Positions 1 to 8,809 of a DNA stretch of 64,000 nucleotides are shown one piece after another (positions within the stretch are counted from its first letter, which is position 1; each line of letters starts with the position of its first letter). The notes under the pieces were generated by a model that saw only the letters and a list, made by a program, of their open reading frames with translations, searched no databases and was not told the DNA's origin. Both the position numbers and the translations under genes were made by a program. Source of the DNA: a bacterium (GTDB taxonomy: Bacteria > UBA8248 > JACPRG01 > G963555815); NCBI GenBank assembly GCA_965218795.1, contig OZ244653.1:5110046-5174045 (forward strand), read 5' to 3'.

Positions 1-1
1 G

Positions 2-865
2 GGGTTCTGCCTGTGGCTGGCCGCGTGGGTGAGCGCAGCCCCGGCGTTGGCGGGGGTTTCATGCGAGGGCTGGAACACGTCGTGGTTCTTCCAGCGTGCC
101 GGCGCGGCGGACATCTCCCGTTGCTTGAATACCGGGGCTGACCCGAACGCGCGGGATGAAGACGGATTGACACCCTTGCACTATGCGGCGACGGAGAGCA
201 AGACCCCGGCAATCGTGACGGCCTTGGTGAGGGCTGGATCTAACCCGAACGCGCGGGATAAAAGAGGATGGACACCCCTGCACTTGGCGGCGGTATTCAG
301 CAAAACCCCTGCGGTCGTGAGTGCCCTGCTGGATGCCGGGGCCGAAGTGAACGCGCGGGATGAAAGAGGATGGACACCTCTGCACTGGGCGGTGGAATAC
401 AGCAAAACCTCGGCGGTCGTGACCGCTCTGGTGAAGGCCGGTGCTGACCCGAACGCGCGGGATGAAGACGGATTGACACCCTTGCACTATGCGGCGACGG
501 AGAGCGAGACCCCGGCAATCGTGACGGCCTTGGTGAGGGCTGGATCTAACCCGAACGCGCGGGATGAAAAAGGAAGGACCCCCCTGCACTATGCGGTGTT
601 GAAGAGCACAACCCCGGCAGTCGTGACGGCCTTGGTGAAGGCCGGTGCCGACTTGAACGCGCGGAGCAAAAGCGGAGCGACACCCCTGCACCTGGCGGCG
701 TTGGAGAACAAAACCTCTGTGATCGTGGCGGCGTTGCTAGACGCCGGGGCCAATCCTGCGGCGAGAGACAAAGAGGGCAAAACGCCGTGGGATCATATAA
801 AAGCGGATTCCCCGCTCAAGGGGACGGATGTCTACTGGCGGCTGAACGATGGGCGATTCAAGTAG
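2..865 (+). CDS. Secreted ankyrin-repeat protein (5' end probably outside the window)
   Basis: Six 34-aa repeats (G.TPLH.AA...PA.V.ALV.AGA.PNARD). The frame stays open back to base 2, giving GFCLWLAAWVSAAPALA, a signal-peptide-like stretch ending in AxA. Confidence 0.93.
   Translation, partial: GFCLWLAAWVSAAPALAGVSCEGWNTSWFFQRAGAADISRCLNTGADPNARDEDGLTPLHYAATESKTPAIVTALVRAGSNPNARDKRGWTPLHLAAVFSKTPAVVSALLDAGAEVNARDERGWTPLHWAVEYSKTSAVVTALVKAGADPNARDEDGLTPLHYAATESETPAIVTALVRAGSNPNARDEKGRTPLHYAVLKSTTPAVVTALVKAGADLNARSKSGATPLHLAALENKTSVIVAALLDAGANPAARDKEGKTPWDHIKADSPLKGTDVYWRLNDGRFK
137..565 (+). repeat. Internal 123-bp direct repeat in the ankyrin gene (137-259 and 443-565)
   Basis: One mismatch between copies. 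Offset is 306 nt, equal to three 102-nt repeat units. Confidence 0.9.
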
Positions 866-988
866 CCCTGAACCCTAAAAATCCTTTCCTTGACCCTGGC
901 TTGTTGTTCAAGTGGGCTGGGCGGCTCCCTATAGGCTCTCCCGGACTCGGATAACAGAGGGGAGGAGCCGTGACAACGGCAGAGAAGA

Positions 989-1172
989 TGGATTCCCGCC
1001 TGCGCGGGAATGACAGATGGGTGGGGTTGCGTGACGCTGTTTCGTCATTCCTGCCTCCTGCCGGATACATGCAGGGGCAGGCCCGCGGGAAGGACGGGCT
1101 GGAGGTCACGTGGCCCATGTTCGTCATTCCTGCGCAGGCAAGGAACAGGGGGCAGGCGGCAGCAGGAATCCA
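989..1172. repeat. Cluster of REP-like palindromes (GTCATTCC.G...C.GGAATCCA family)
   Basis: TGGATTCCCGCCTGCGCGGGAATGAC at 989-1014. Expanded variants start GTCATTCCTGC at 1044 and 1123. Confidence 0.8.
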
Positions 1173-1194
1173 GGCAACAGAGGGCGGGCTGTGA

Positions 1195-1358
1195 GAGAAG
1201 GACCTGAGCGCGTACCTGAAGACGCCTCGTCAAGACGCCTCGTCAAGTTCTACAACAGCGAGCGCCCTCATCAGGGCTGTCGCAACATGGGCAGACGACC
1301 CATCGACACGGTCAGGAAGTTTATCCACCCTGTCAGGAAAGAAGCCTGGTCGTTCACA
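1195..1358 (+). mobile_element. IS481-family transposase C-terminal remnant with probable right end
   Basis: EKDLSAYLK...KFYNSERPHQGCRNMGRRPIDT matches the integrase-core tail and is interrupted by a 13-bp tandem repeat. The element ends in ...TTCACA, consistent with IS481 TGT/ACA termini. Confidence 0.65.
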
Positions 1359-1401
1359 TAACCGTTGCAAAATCAAGCGGAATCCACCGGTCGGAAAAAC
1401 G

Positions 1402-2586
1402 TTACACAATACCCCGCTCGCGCAAGGCGGCAATTTCCTCTCCGCCCATTCCCAAAAGCTCTTCCAGAACGGATTCGGTGTGCTCGCCGAGACCGGGCGC
1501 TCCGCGCTCGACGCGCCCCGGGGTGCGATCCAGACGCAACGGGGAGTTCACGAAGGGATAGCGGCCAATGCCGGACTGCTCCCGTTCAACAACCATCTCG
1601 CGGTGGCGGACCTGTGGGTCGGAGACGACCTTGTCGATGGTATTGACCGGTCCGCAGGGAATCTCAATGGCCGTCAGGGCGTCCAGCCATTCCTCGGTGG
1701 AGCGGGCGCGGAACAGTTCCGTCAGGGCGGCTTCGAGGGCATCCCGGTTGTAGTGGCGATCACTCCTCGCAAGAAACCGCTCATCCTTCCCCAGGTCCTC
1801 GAGACGGAGTTCCCGGCAGAACCGGCCCCACTCCTCATCTTGGACGATGGCGACGGCGATGTGGCCGTCCGCGGTCGAGAAGACTTGAAAGGGGGCGGAA
1901 AGCGGATGCCGCGACCCCAACGGCTCCGGCGTCTTGCCGGTCGCGAAATACCGGGCGATGGCGTTTTCACAGAATGCGACCTGTGCGTCCAGCATGCTGA
2001 GGTCCAGGCGCTGGCCCACTCCGCTCTGTTCTCGTTCATAGAGCGCCGCGAGCATCCCGACACTCGCCCAGACCGAAGCGGCGAGATCTCCGATGGAGTA
2101 GCCGGCCCGGACGGGTTCTCCACCCCGCTCGCCGGTGATGCTCACCAGCCCGCCCATGGATTGGAGGATCAGATCATAAGCCGGCCGTTGGGCGTAAGGT
2201 CCCGTCTGTCCGAAGCCGGTCACGGAGGCGTAGATCAGGCGGGGATTTCTCTTGCGGAGGGTCTCCGCCCCCAACCCCAGACGATCCATCACGCCCGGAC
2301 GAAAATTCTCCACAACGATGTCGCTCCGGTCGGCGAGGCGGGCGGCGACATCCCGGCCCTCGGGCTCCTTGAGGTTCAGGGTGATGCTCTTCTTGCCGCG
2401 ATTGACGCTGATGAAATAAGCGCTCTGTTCATTGACGAAGGGAACCGAGTCCCGCGACAGGTCTCCTTTCTCCATGCGTTCCACCTTGATGACCTCAGCC
2501 CCGAGGTCCGACAGAATCATCGTGCTGTACGGGCCGGCGAGAACCCGGCTGAAATCCAGGACGCGTATGCCTTTCAGGGCACTCAA
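1402..2586 (-). CDS. CaiB/BaiF family III CoA-transferase
   Basis: LKGIRVLDFSRVLAGP, NRGKKS, ENFRPG, GD motifs. TTG start at 2586 follows GGGAG. Confidence 0.93.
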   Translation of the reverse strand: MSALKGIRVLDFSRVLAGPYSTMILSDLGAEVIKVERMEKGDLSRDSVPFVNEQSAYFISVNRGKKSITLNLKEPEGRDVAARLADRSDIVVENFRPGVMDRLGLGAETLRKRNPRLIYASVTGFGQTGPYAQRPAYDLILQSMGGLVSITGERGGEPVRAGYSIGDLAASVWASVGMLAALYEREQSGVGQRLDLSMLDAQVAFCENAIARYFATGKTPEPLGSRHPLSAPFQVFSTADGHIAVAIVQDEEWGRFCRELRLEDLGKDERFLARSDRHYNRDALEAALTELFRARSTEEWLDALTAIEIPCGPVNTIDKVVSDPQVRHREMVVEREQSGIGRYPFVNSPLRLDRTPGRVERGAPGLGEHTESVLEELLGMGGEEIAALRERGIV

Positions 2587-2780
2587 GGTTTTCTCCCTGC
2601 CGGGGTTGCAAAGGGTCAAGGATCGACGACGGGGCTCGCCTTCTCTCTGATCCTCCGAAGTGAGGCCCGGAGCGCCCCGGGTCTCGTCCACTGCGAAAAC
2701 AGCGATTCTATTCTAAGATATAGCGGCAGGGGAAAATGATCCTGTGTCTTGTTTTGTCAAGGAGCGCGGAGGAGACGGAG

Positions 2781-3180
2781 TGTGGCCCGGAGAAGGATAC
2801 TCAAGACCAAGGTGTTCAGCGTGGAGGAAGCCAATGCGCTTCTCCCTCGGCTTCGGGAGCTTTTCGAAGGGGTTCACCGGGATCTTCGGACTCAGGATGA
2901 GATGGAACCGGAAATCCGGCGCGCGGCGGAACAGGCGGAACGGGGTGGGGGGGGAGCCCCGGGAGGGACCCGCTATCTCGAGAGCGTCCTGCGGATGAAA
3001 AAGCGGCTGGCGGAGGTCCGGTCTCTCGGCGTTGAGGTCAAAGACATCCGCAAAGGTCTGTGCGATTTCCCACACCGGCGGGGAGGGAAATTGGTCTATC
3101 TCTGCTGGCATACGGGGGAGGAAAAGATAGGGTTTTGGCACGAGATCCAAAAGGGGTTCGGGGGCCGGCAGGCGATCTAG
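2781..3180 (+). CDS. DUF2203-family protein
   Basis: FSVEEANALLP, GVEVKD...GLCDFP, YLCW..GE..I.FWH...GF.GR. GTG start follows GGAG. Confidence 0.8.
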
Positions 3181-3191
3181 GGCCTGTGGAA

Positions 3192-3518
3192 TGGCTGCGG
3201 TGGGCTTCCCGAACGCCCGGTGTGATCCAGGCGATGATGCGCCGCGGGGCCGCGTTGGTTCTCTGTCTCGGCGTGTGGTCGGCGGCAATCTTCCTGGTTT
3301 ACGATTCGGCGGATCGCCTGATGGGCGGAGGCCGGGAAGGCCGGGAGATGCTGACCGGGGTCCTGACGTTTCCGTTCTCGATCCTGGTGCTCGTTGGCGC
3401 GTTGGCCATGAGCGTCCGGCTGGTCCGGCGTTGGCCCATCATGCAGGAGGAGCTTTCCCCGGGAGAGCCGGAAGGGGGGGACAATCCCCCGCATAGCAGA
3501 TCCGACGGGCCTGAGTGA
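3192..3518 (+). CDS. Small two-TM membrane hypothetical protein (start uncertain)
   Basis: Two hydrophobic helices in the 3060..3518 frame. Confidence 0.45.
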   Translation, partial: WLRWASRTPGVIQAMMRRGAALVLCLGVWSAAIFLVYDSADRLMGGGREGREMLTGVLTFPFSILVLVGALAMSVRLVRRWPIMQEELSPGEPEGGDNPPHSRSDGPE

Positions 3519-3790
3519 ACCCCGGTTGGAAGCGGACGTCGGATAGGATGGGGTTCCTGTCCAGGGGGGCTTTTGGGGGGAGGCGACGCGCCTCCGCGAT
3601 ATTCCGGGGTCTCAAGAGCGCCGCCGCCGGGCTGGGTAAGAGTATCGAACATGACGAAAGTCTTGTGTCCGACGCAATCGGTGCAGGCCGCGCTTTCTCT
3701 CTGAATTCCCAAAGAACAGGGGATCACTGAGCGGCGGGTCCCGTTGACAAATCTCCGGCCCATGGATAACTTGGGAACGCTCGGCATTCA

Positions 3791-3865
3791 GGGGCGTTAG
3801 CTCAGCGGCAGAGCGCTGTCCTCACACGGCAGATGTCAGTGGTTCAAATCCACTACGCCCCACCA
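3791..3865 (+). tRNA. tRNA-Val(CAC)
   Basis: GGGGCGT/ACGCCCC acceptor stem, TAGCTCAG D arm, CTGTC-CTCACAC-GGCAG anticodon arm, GGTTCAAATCC T arm, encoded CCA. Confidence 0.96.
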
Positions 3866-3953
3866 TGATTTTTTTCGCGTCGATTTGACGGACCCGGGGG
3901 AGAGGCGACATTGGACTCCTCTACGGAATTGAAACGGCTCGAATAGGCCTGAC

Positions 3954-4655
3954 TCACGAACCGGAAGCCGCATAAACCGTTCGGTCTTCCATTCCCGCCT
4001 CGAGAAATCCCTTCTGCCGTTCGGCGCACTTGTTGCACGCCCCGCAATGCAACTCCCCCTGCGGATTGATACACGAAAAGGAAAGCTCCAGGGGAAGATT
4101 GCGCCCAAGAAGGGTGACAGCCTTCTTGGTGAGTGCCGCAAACGGTCGGGTAATGCGAATCGGGGAATCCATGGCCGACGAGAGCGCCGCTTCCATGAGC
4201 CCGAAAAACTCCGGCGTAGCGTCGGGGAAAGGGTTGTGAGCCAATACGCCGATGGCGATTTGGGGAATGTCCCGCATGGCGCAAAAAACGGCCGCCTTGG
4301 TGAGGAGGAGGACGTTTCGTCCGGGCAGATAGACGGCCGCGTCCTCGGTCTCGGCCCCCGGGACCTTCTCGCCCGTTGTGCTCCAGTGGGCTCCGTAGAG
4401 GTCTTCGACCGGCAGGTCCAGGATCGTCAGCTCGCGAATGGAATCGATCTCCAAGGCCTCGAGAAACCGGCGAAGCCAACGGGTTTCGACACTCTCCCAG
4501 CGAAGCCCCTGGCGGATGAAGACGGGATAGACGGCCGGATGGCGCTTGGCCTCCTCCTCCGCCAGGATGCAGGAGTCCAGTCCCCCGCTCACCAGTACGC
4601 AGATGGGCCGAGTCTCGTCGGATTGACCCGTCGGAATCGGGGGAGGGGAAATCAT
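3954..4655 (-). CDS. queC: 7-cyano-7-deazaguanine synthase
   Basis: SGGLDS PP-loop, YLPGRN, FPD, SC...HCGACNKC zinc motif. Confidence 0.88.
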   Translation of the reverse strand: MISPPPIPTGQSDETRPICVLVSGGLDSCILAEEEAKRHPAVYPVFIRQGLRWESVETRWLRRFLEALEIDSIRELTILDLPVEDLYGAHWSTTGEKVPGAETEDAAVYLPGRNVLLLTKAAVFCAMRDIPQIAIGVLAHNPFPDATPEFFGLMEAALSSAMDSPIRITRPFAALTKKAVTLLGRNLPLELSFSCINPQGELHCGACNKCAERQKGFLEAGMEDRTVYAASGS

Positions 4656-4773
4656 CAGTGGTCCCTTCGGTGACCCGATCCTGCGATTCGGCTTCTCGTC
4701 ATGCCCGGTAAATGGGGACGAATTCGCTCATCCCCCCAACGCATGCTGAAGTCAACCCGTGCCGGGAGATTCG

Positions 4774-5934
4774 CTACTGCGTCCTTCCCCTGGCGGTGAC
4801 GGGCCAGACCGCTTCGACCCGGCCGTTCCGTTCGGCAAAGGCCTCGTCGTACAGGTTGACCGTCGGACAGATATGGGTCGGAATGATCCGCACCTTATCG
4901 CCGATCCGCATGCCTGATTTCTCCGGGACCCGAATGACCCCGTGTTCATCGGACATGTCGGTGATGATGAATTCGGGGCGCCCCTGCACAATCCCGAGAC
5001 CATCGGTATGCATCATCGTGCCTTCCGGCCGCAGGTCGATGCTCAGGGCCTTGGCTCCCGCGTCCATGATCAGACGGTCCGGTGCCGGACGGTTGACGAC
5101 AGTTGCAAGAACAAACGCCGCGCACCAGTCACAGTGGCCAAGAATTCCGGCCATCGAGGCGTCACAGAAAATCGACGTTCCCACCCGGACCTCGTCGATG
5201 CCGGACGGATATCCGCCGTTCCCTCCGTCGAGCATGGCGCAGTAGAACGACGGCGTTGACCCAACGCTGACGCGACACGGCCCGCCGGTCGCCTCCCGGA
5301 TGGCCTCGGCCGTTTCCACCATCAGCGTCTGCGCCCTTCGGGCCTCGGCCGCAAGGCCCTCGAGCGAACCCGCCGCGTAATCGTGCCCTTCGTGCGTGAA
5401 GATGCCGCGAAGCTGGACGCCGGGTGCGTTCCGGACCTGTTCGGCCACCTCGACGGCGGCCTGAACCGATGGCCGGCCCTGGCGGCCCTGTCCGGTATCG
5501 ATCTCGATCATCACGTCCAGCGGCTCATTCTCGTGGACGAAGGCTCCGGAAAGAATGTCTACATGGTCCGGAAGGTCCACTCCTACGCAGAGACGGCACT
5601 GCCGGGAGAGCGCGATCAACCGGCGAAGCTTCGGCTCCCCGACGATGACGTGGGCGATGAAGATGTCCGCGATGCCGTTGGCCGCCATCACCTCGGCCTC
5701 GCCGATCTTGGCGGCCGTGATCCCCACGGCTCCCCCGCCAATCTGCCGGTGTGCAACGGGCGGCATCTTGTGAGTCTTGATGTGGGGGCGCAACTCGACA
5801 CCGGCTTTCGCAGCCAGGGAGGCGGCCCGCCGAATGTTCTCTTCCATTGCGTCCAGGTCGATGATCAGCGCGGGGGTGTCGAGCGCAATCGCCCATCGGC
5901 CGATCATTGGGGAGGCGAAGCTCGAATGATTCAT
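4774..5934 (-). CDS. Fold-type III PLP enzyme, D-threonine aldolase/D-serine dehydratase family
   Basis: TPALIID, RPHIKTHK (PLP lysine), EIDTG, HEGH, SDEHG, PTHICPTVN. Confidence 0.88.
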   Translation of the reverse strand: MNHSSFASPMIGRWAIALDTPALIIDLDAMEENIRRAASLAAKAGVELRPHIKTHKMPPVAHRQIGGGAVGITAAKIGEAEVMAANGIADIFIAHVIVGEPKLRRLIALSRQCRLCVGVDLPDHVDILSGAFVHENEPLDVMIEIDTGQGRQGRPSVQAAVEVAEQVRNAPGVQLRGIFTHEGHDYAAGSLEGLAAEARRAQTLMVETAEAIREATGGPCRVSVGSTPSFYCAMLDGGNGGYPSGIDEVRVGTSIFCDASMAGILGHCDWCAAFVLATVVNRPAPDRLIMDAGAKALSIDLRPEGTMMHTDGLGIVQGRPEFIITDMSDEHGVIRVPEKSGMRIGDKVRIIPTHICPTVNLYDEAFAERNGRVEAVWPVTARGRTQ

Positions 5935-5980
5935 CGTGCGAGACCTGGGGATATCCTGCGATCAAGCCGAAGGTTCGGAA

Positions 5981-6958
5981 CTAGTGCGCCTCGACGCCCG
6001 GATAGTAAAGGTGCGGCTTGGCCTCATGGGCCTTGCCGATAATTTCTTCCACCGAACCACAACCCCGTTCGGCCAGGTAATCTCGAATGCCGTCGATAAT
6101 CTTCGGCATGACCATCGGGTCGTAAAAATTGGCCGTTCCGACCTGGAGGGCCCGGGCTCCCGCCAGGAGATACTCCAGGGCGTCCCGGGCGTTCTCGATA
6201 CCGCCGCACCCGATGACCGGAGCGCCCAGCTTTTCCACGACCATCCACACGTGGCGGACGACCATGGGCCGAATGGCGGGACCGGATAGACCGCCCGTTG
6301 TGAAGCCCAGGATCGGTCTCTGTTCATCCACGTCGATGGACATCGCGGGGTAGGTGTTGCCGATGCAGAGCGCGTCCGCGCCTCCCTCCATGGCCGCGGA
6401 AGCCATTTCGACGATATCCGTCACGGCCGGTCCGAGCTTGGAGATGATGGGGATGCCCGCGGCCTCCCGGCACATCTTCGTCACCCGAAACATGGATTCC
6501 GCGCTGTTGGCGAAGGGGGCCGCCTCAGCGTGGTTCGGACAAGAGAGATCGAGCTCAATGGCGGCGATGCCTTCCTGTCCATTGAGCTTTTCAGACGCCC
6601 GTTGAAAATCCTCCTCCAGGAGGCCGCCAATGCTGGCGATGACGGCCGCTCCGGTTTGCCGCATGAATGGAAGCTGCTCGGCGATAAACTGCTCCGTCCC
6701 CTTGGAGGGGGTACCGATGGCATTGAGCATGCCCTCGGGGGTTTCCTGAACCCGATCGGGAGAGTTTCCGGGCCGTGTCAGGTCCATAAAGGTCTTGTTG
6801 ACGATCCCCCCCAGGATTCCCAGATCGTAGGCGTGGGCGAACTCGCGTCCGTAATTGAAGCAGCCGGACGCCGGCATCACTGGGTTTTGGAGATGGATCC
6901 GCCCCAGATGGGTCTCCAGAGCGGGGGAGGGCGCGCCGTGATCGTTCCGATCGTTCAT
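5981..6958 (-). CDS. pyrD: Dihydroorotate dehydrogenase class 1B-like catalytic subunit (divergent)
   Basis: NPVMPASG, NAIG, LSCPN, GGLSGPAIRP, IGCGGI, QVGTA. The ATG overlaps the pyrK stop (ATGA). Confidence 0.82.
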   Translation of the reverse strand: MNDRNDHGAPSPALETHLGRIHLQNPVMPASGCFNYGREFAHAYDLGILGGIVNKTFMDLTRPGNSPDRVQETPEGMLNAIGTPSKGTEQFIAEQLPFMRQTGAAVIASIGGLLEEDFQRASEKLNGQEGIAAIELDLSCPNHAEAAPFANSAESMFRVTKMCREAAGIPIISKLGPAVTDIVEMASAAMEGGADALCIGNTYPAMSIDVDEQRPILGFTTGGLSGPAIRPMVVRHVWMVVEKLGAPVIGCGGIENARDALEYLLAGARALQVGTANFYDPMVMPKIIDGIRDYLAERGCGSVEEIIGKAHEAKPHLYYPGVEAH

Positions 6959-7833
6959 GGGTGATTTCCCCAATCCAGAATCACGGACTCCGCTGGAAAC
7001 GCGGGTCCCTCCATGCATACGAGACCATAGCGGAAGTTTCCGTCAGGTCCGAGGAGCGGTGCGGCGCAGCCCACACAGATGCCCGTTCCGCAAGCCATCC
7101 GGTACTCCAGGAAGATGTATCCGCGGACTCCGTTATCCGATGTGACCTCCTGAACCAGCCGGCCCATGCGGCGGGAGCCGCAGGTGAAGAGAAAGCCAAT
7201 CAGGCCCTGCCGGAGCCACTCGTCGACCACTTGGGCCGGTTGATCGGCAGAGTCACCCGCTTCGTCCGTCGCTGTGACAATCTCCGCGCCGAGTTCACGG
7301 AGCGTTTCCACACCGAGCAGAAGTCGGTCTTCTCGTGCGGACACGAGCCCGTAGCAGGGTAGGCCGATGTCCTTGCATCCTTGGGCGATCCGAACCATGG
7401 GGGTCACGCCGGCTCCTCGGGCAATAAAACCGACGCCCGGCTTGCAGTCTTCGAGATCCAGCCTCGCTCCGGCGGGTGCGACAACTTCGATCGGGTCGTC
7501 CGTACGCAAACCCGCGAGTTCAGCCGTCCCCTGGCCCTTGATCTTGATGAGAACCTCGAAAGTGCCTTGGTCCGGATGGGTCCGGTAGACGTCGAAAGGC
7601 CGCGGCAGGAGCATTCCGTCCCACTTCCCGGGTCGGAGCATGACGAACTGACCCGGTCCGGTCCACTGCGCCGCATGGGGCGCTTCGATCTCCAACAACC
7701 AATACTTTTCGGCGATGTGGTCCACCCGGACCATCCGGCCCGTTTCGGCCTTCCAACGGGCTTCCGCCGGAAAGTCGTTGGGCGGGATTGAAATGGAGTG
7801 ATTTGGTTCGGCCACCTCATGACCCCCGAACAA
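6955..7833 (-). CDS. pyrK: Dihydroorotate dehydrogenase electron-transfer subunit
   Basis: PGQFVML, LPRPF, MACGTGICVGC...VC.EGP 2Fe-2S motif. Confidence 0.85.
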   Translation of the reverse strand: MFGGHEVAEPNHSISIPPNDFPAEARWKAETGRMVRVDHIAEKYWLLEIEAPHAAQWTGPGQFVMLRPGKWDGMLLPRPFDVYRTHPDQGTFEVLIKIKGQGTAELAGLRTDDPIEVVAPAGARLDLEDCKPGVGFIARGAGVTPMVRIAQGCKDIGLPCYGLVSAREDRLLLGVETLRELGAEIVTATDEAGDSADQPAQVVDEWLRQGLIGFLFTCGSRRMGRLVQEVTSDNGVRGYIFLEYRMACGTGICVGCAAPLLGPDGNFRYGLVCMEGPAFPAESVILDWGNHP

Positions 7834-8076
7834 GGAGAGGGACCTATGCCCCCTCGTACAAATTCCCTGAATGGATTGAAAAGCCTTTCATTGTGGATTT
7901 TTAGAGGGTTTCCGGAGGTCCGTCAAGCCATGCGGAAGCCGTTCACGGCGAAACCGGATAGACGTATCCATTGATTTTGTCTTCCGAATCCGGGTGGGGA
8001 CCGCGTCATTGGAGGTAATGGCTATTTTTCGGATGGATCCAATCCAAATCCTGGAAAGCCTGAATCAGCGTCATGC

Positions 8077-8766
8077 TCAATCTTCAAAGATTCCCGACCC
8101 GCCGCTGAGGACAATGTTGAATTCTCCTTCTAGCTGGTCGGCGCCGTGGGTGGGGGAGCCATTCAACGCGACGATGATGGAATGTCGGGCCTTCTCATCT
8201 CGAATTCGGCGCAGCAGCCAGTCCCTGTCATTTCGAGGTTCGCCTTTTACGTACATTTGGGTCGTTAGACGCCGAGAACCCCTGGCATGAACGGCGCAAT
8301 GAATGTGCGGAGTACGGCCGGGATACGGCACTGGCTTGATCGTCCGGAATCGGTATCGGCCGTCGGCATCCGTCAATGTTTGTCCATACCCCTGGAAATT
8401 ACGGTCTCTGGGTCCACGGTTTCTGTCCTCGGAGTGGATATACCGGCCAAAGGCGTCGCATTGCCAGATTTCGATTCGTGCTTGGCGAATGGGACGGCCG
8501 TCTGTGTCTCGAACCCGCCCGAGGATGTGAGTCACCTGCCCCTTCGCCAGGTCGGAACGCCCCTTGACGCTCAACAGGTCATTATCCCGATCCAGAGGAA
8601 GAAGATCAGGGTAAAAGGGACCTTCTGTCTGACGAGGAGTGGGGGTGAACGCGGGAGCGCTGACGGCATTTTTCGGCGGGAGTACAATTCGTCCCGCCAT
8701 CGCCGCTCCGGTGAGCAGAAATCCTCTGCGGGAGAGGACTCGCGAGGGGTTGGCATTTATCGCCAA
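8077..8766 (-). CDS. Tat-exported intradiol dioxygenase-like protein
   Basis: SRRGFL Tat motif, TEGPFYP, IEIWQCDAFGRY, FRTIKP.PY..RTPHIH. Confidence 0.88.
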   Translation of the reverse strand: MAINANPSRVLSRRGFLLTGAAMAGRIVLPPKNAVSAPAFTPTPRQTEGPFYPDLLPLDRDNDLLSVKGRSDLAKGQVTHILGRVRDTDGRPIRQARIEIWQCDAFGRYIHSEDRNRGPRDRNFQGYGQTLTDADGRYRFRTIKPVPYPGRTPHIHCAVHARGSRRLTTQMYVKGEPRNDRDWLLRRIRDEKARHSIIVALNGSPTHGADQLEGEFNIVLSGGSGIFED

Positions 8767-8809
8767 GCCGTCATCTCCTCGGATAGAGGGATTTTCGTTC
8801 TCGGTTCAT

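Noticed and set aside
130-790. CRISPR array or DGR template/variable repeat pair
   Set aside because: The repeats are in-frame ankyrin units with no spacers, cas genes or reverse transcriptase.
3791-3900. tRNA-Val as an island integration site
   Set aside because: No integrase nearby and no duplicated tRNA 3' end noticed in the window.
3954-4655. QueC as part of a Dpd or QatC defence system
   Set aside because: Short canonical QueC with no dpd or qat neighbours.
4656-4773. preQ1 riboswitch upstream of queC
   Set aside because: No preQ1 aptamer consensus or A-rich tail is visible.
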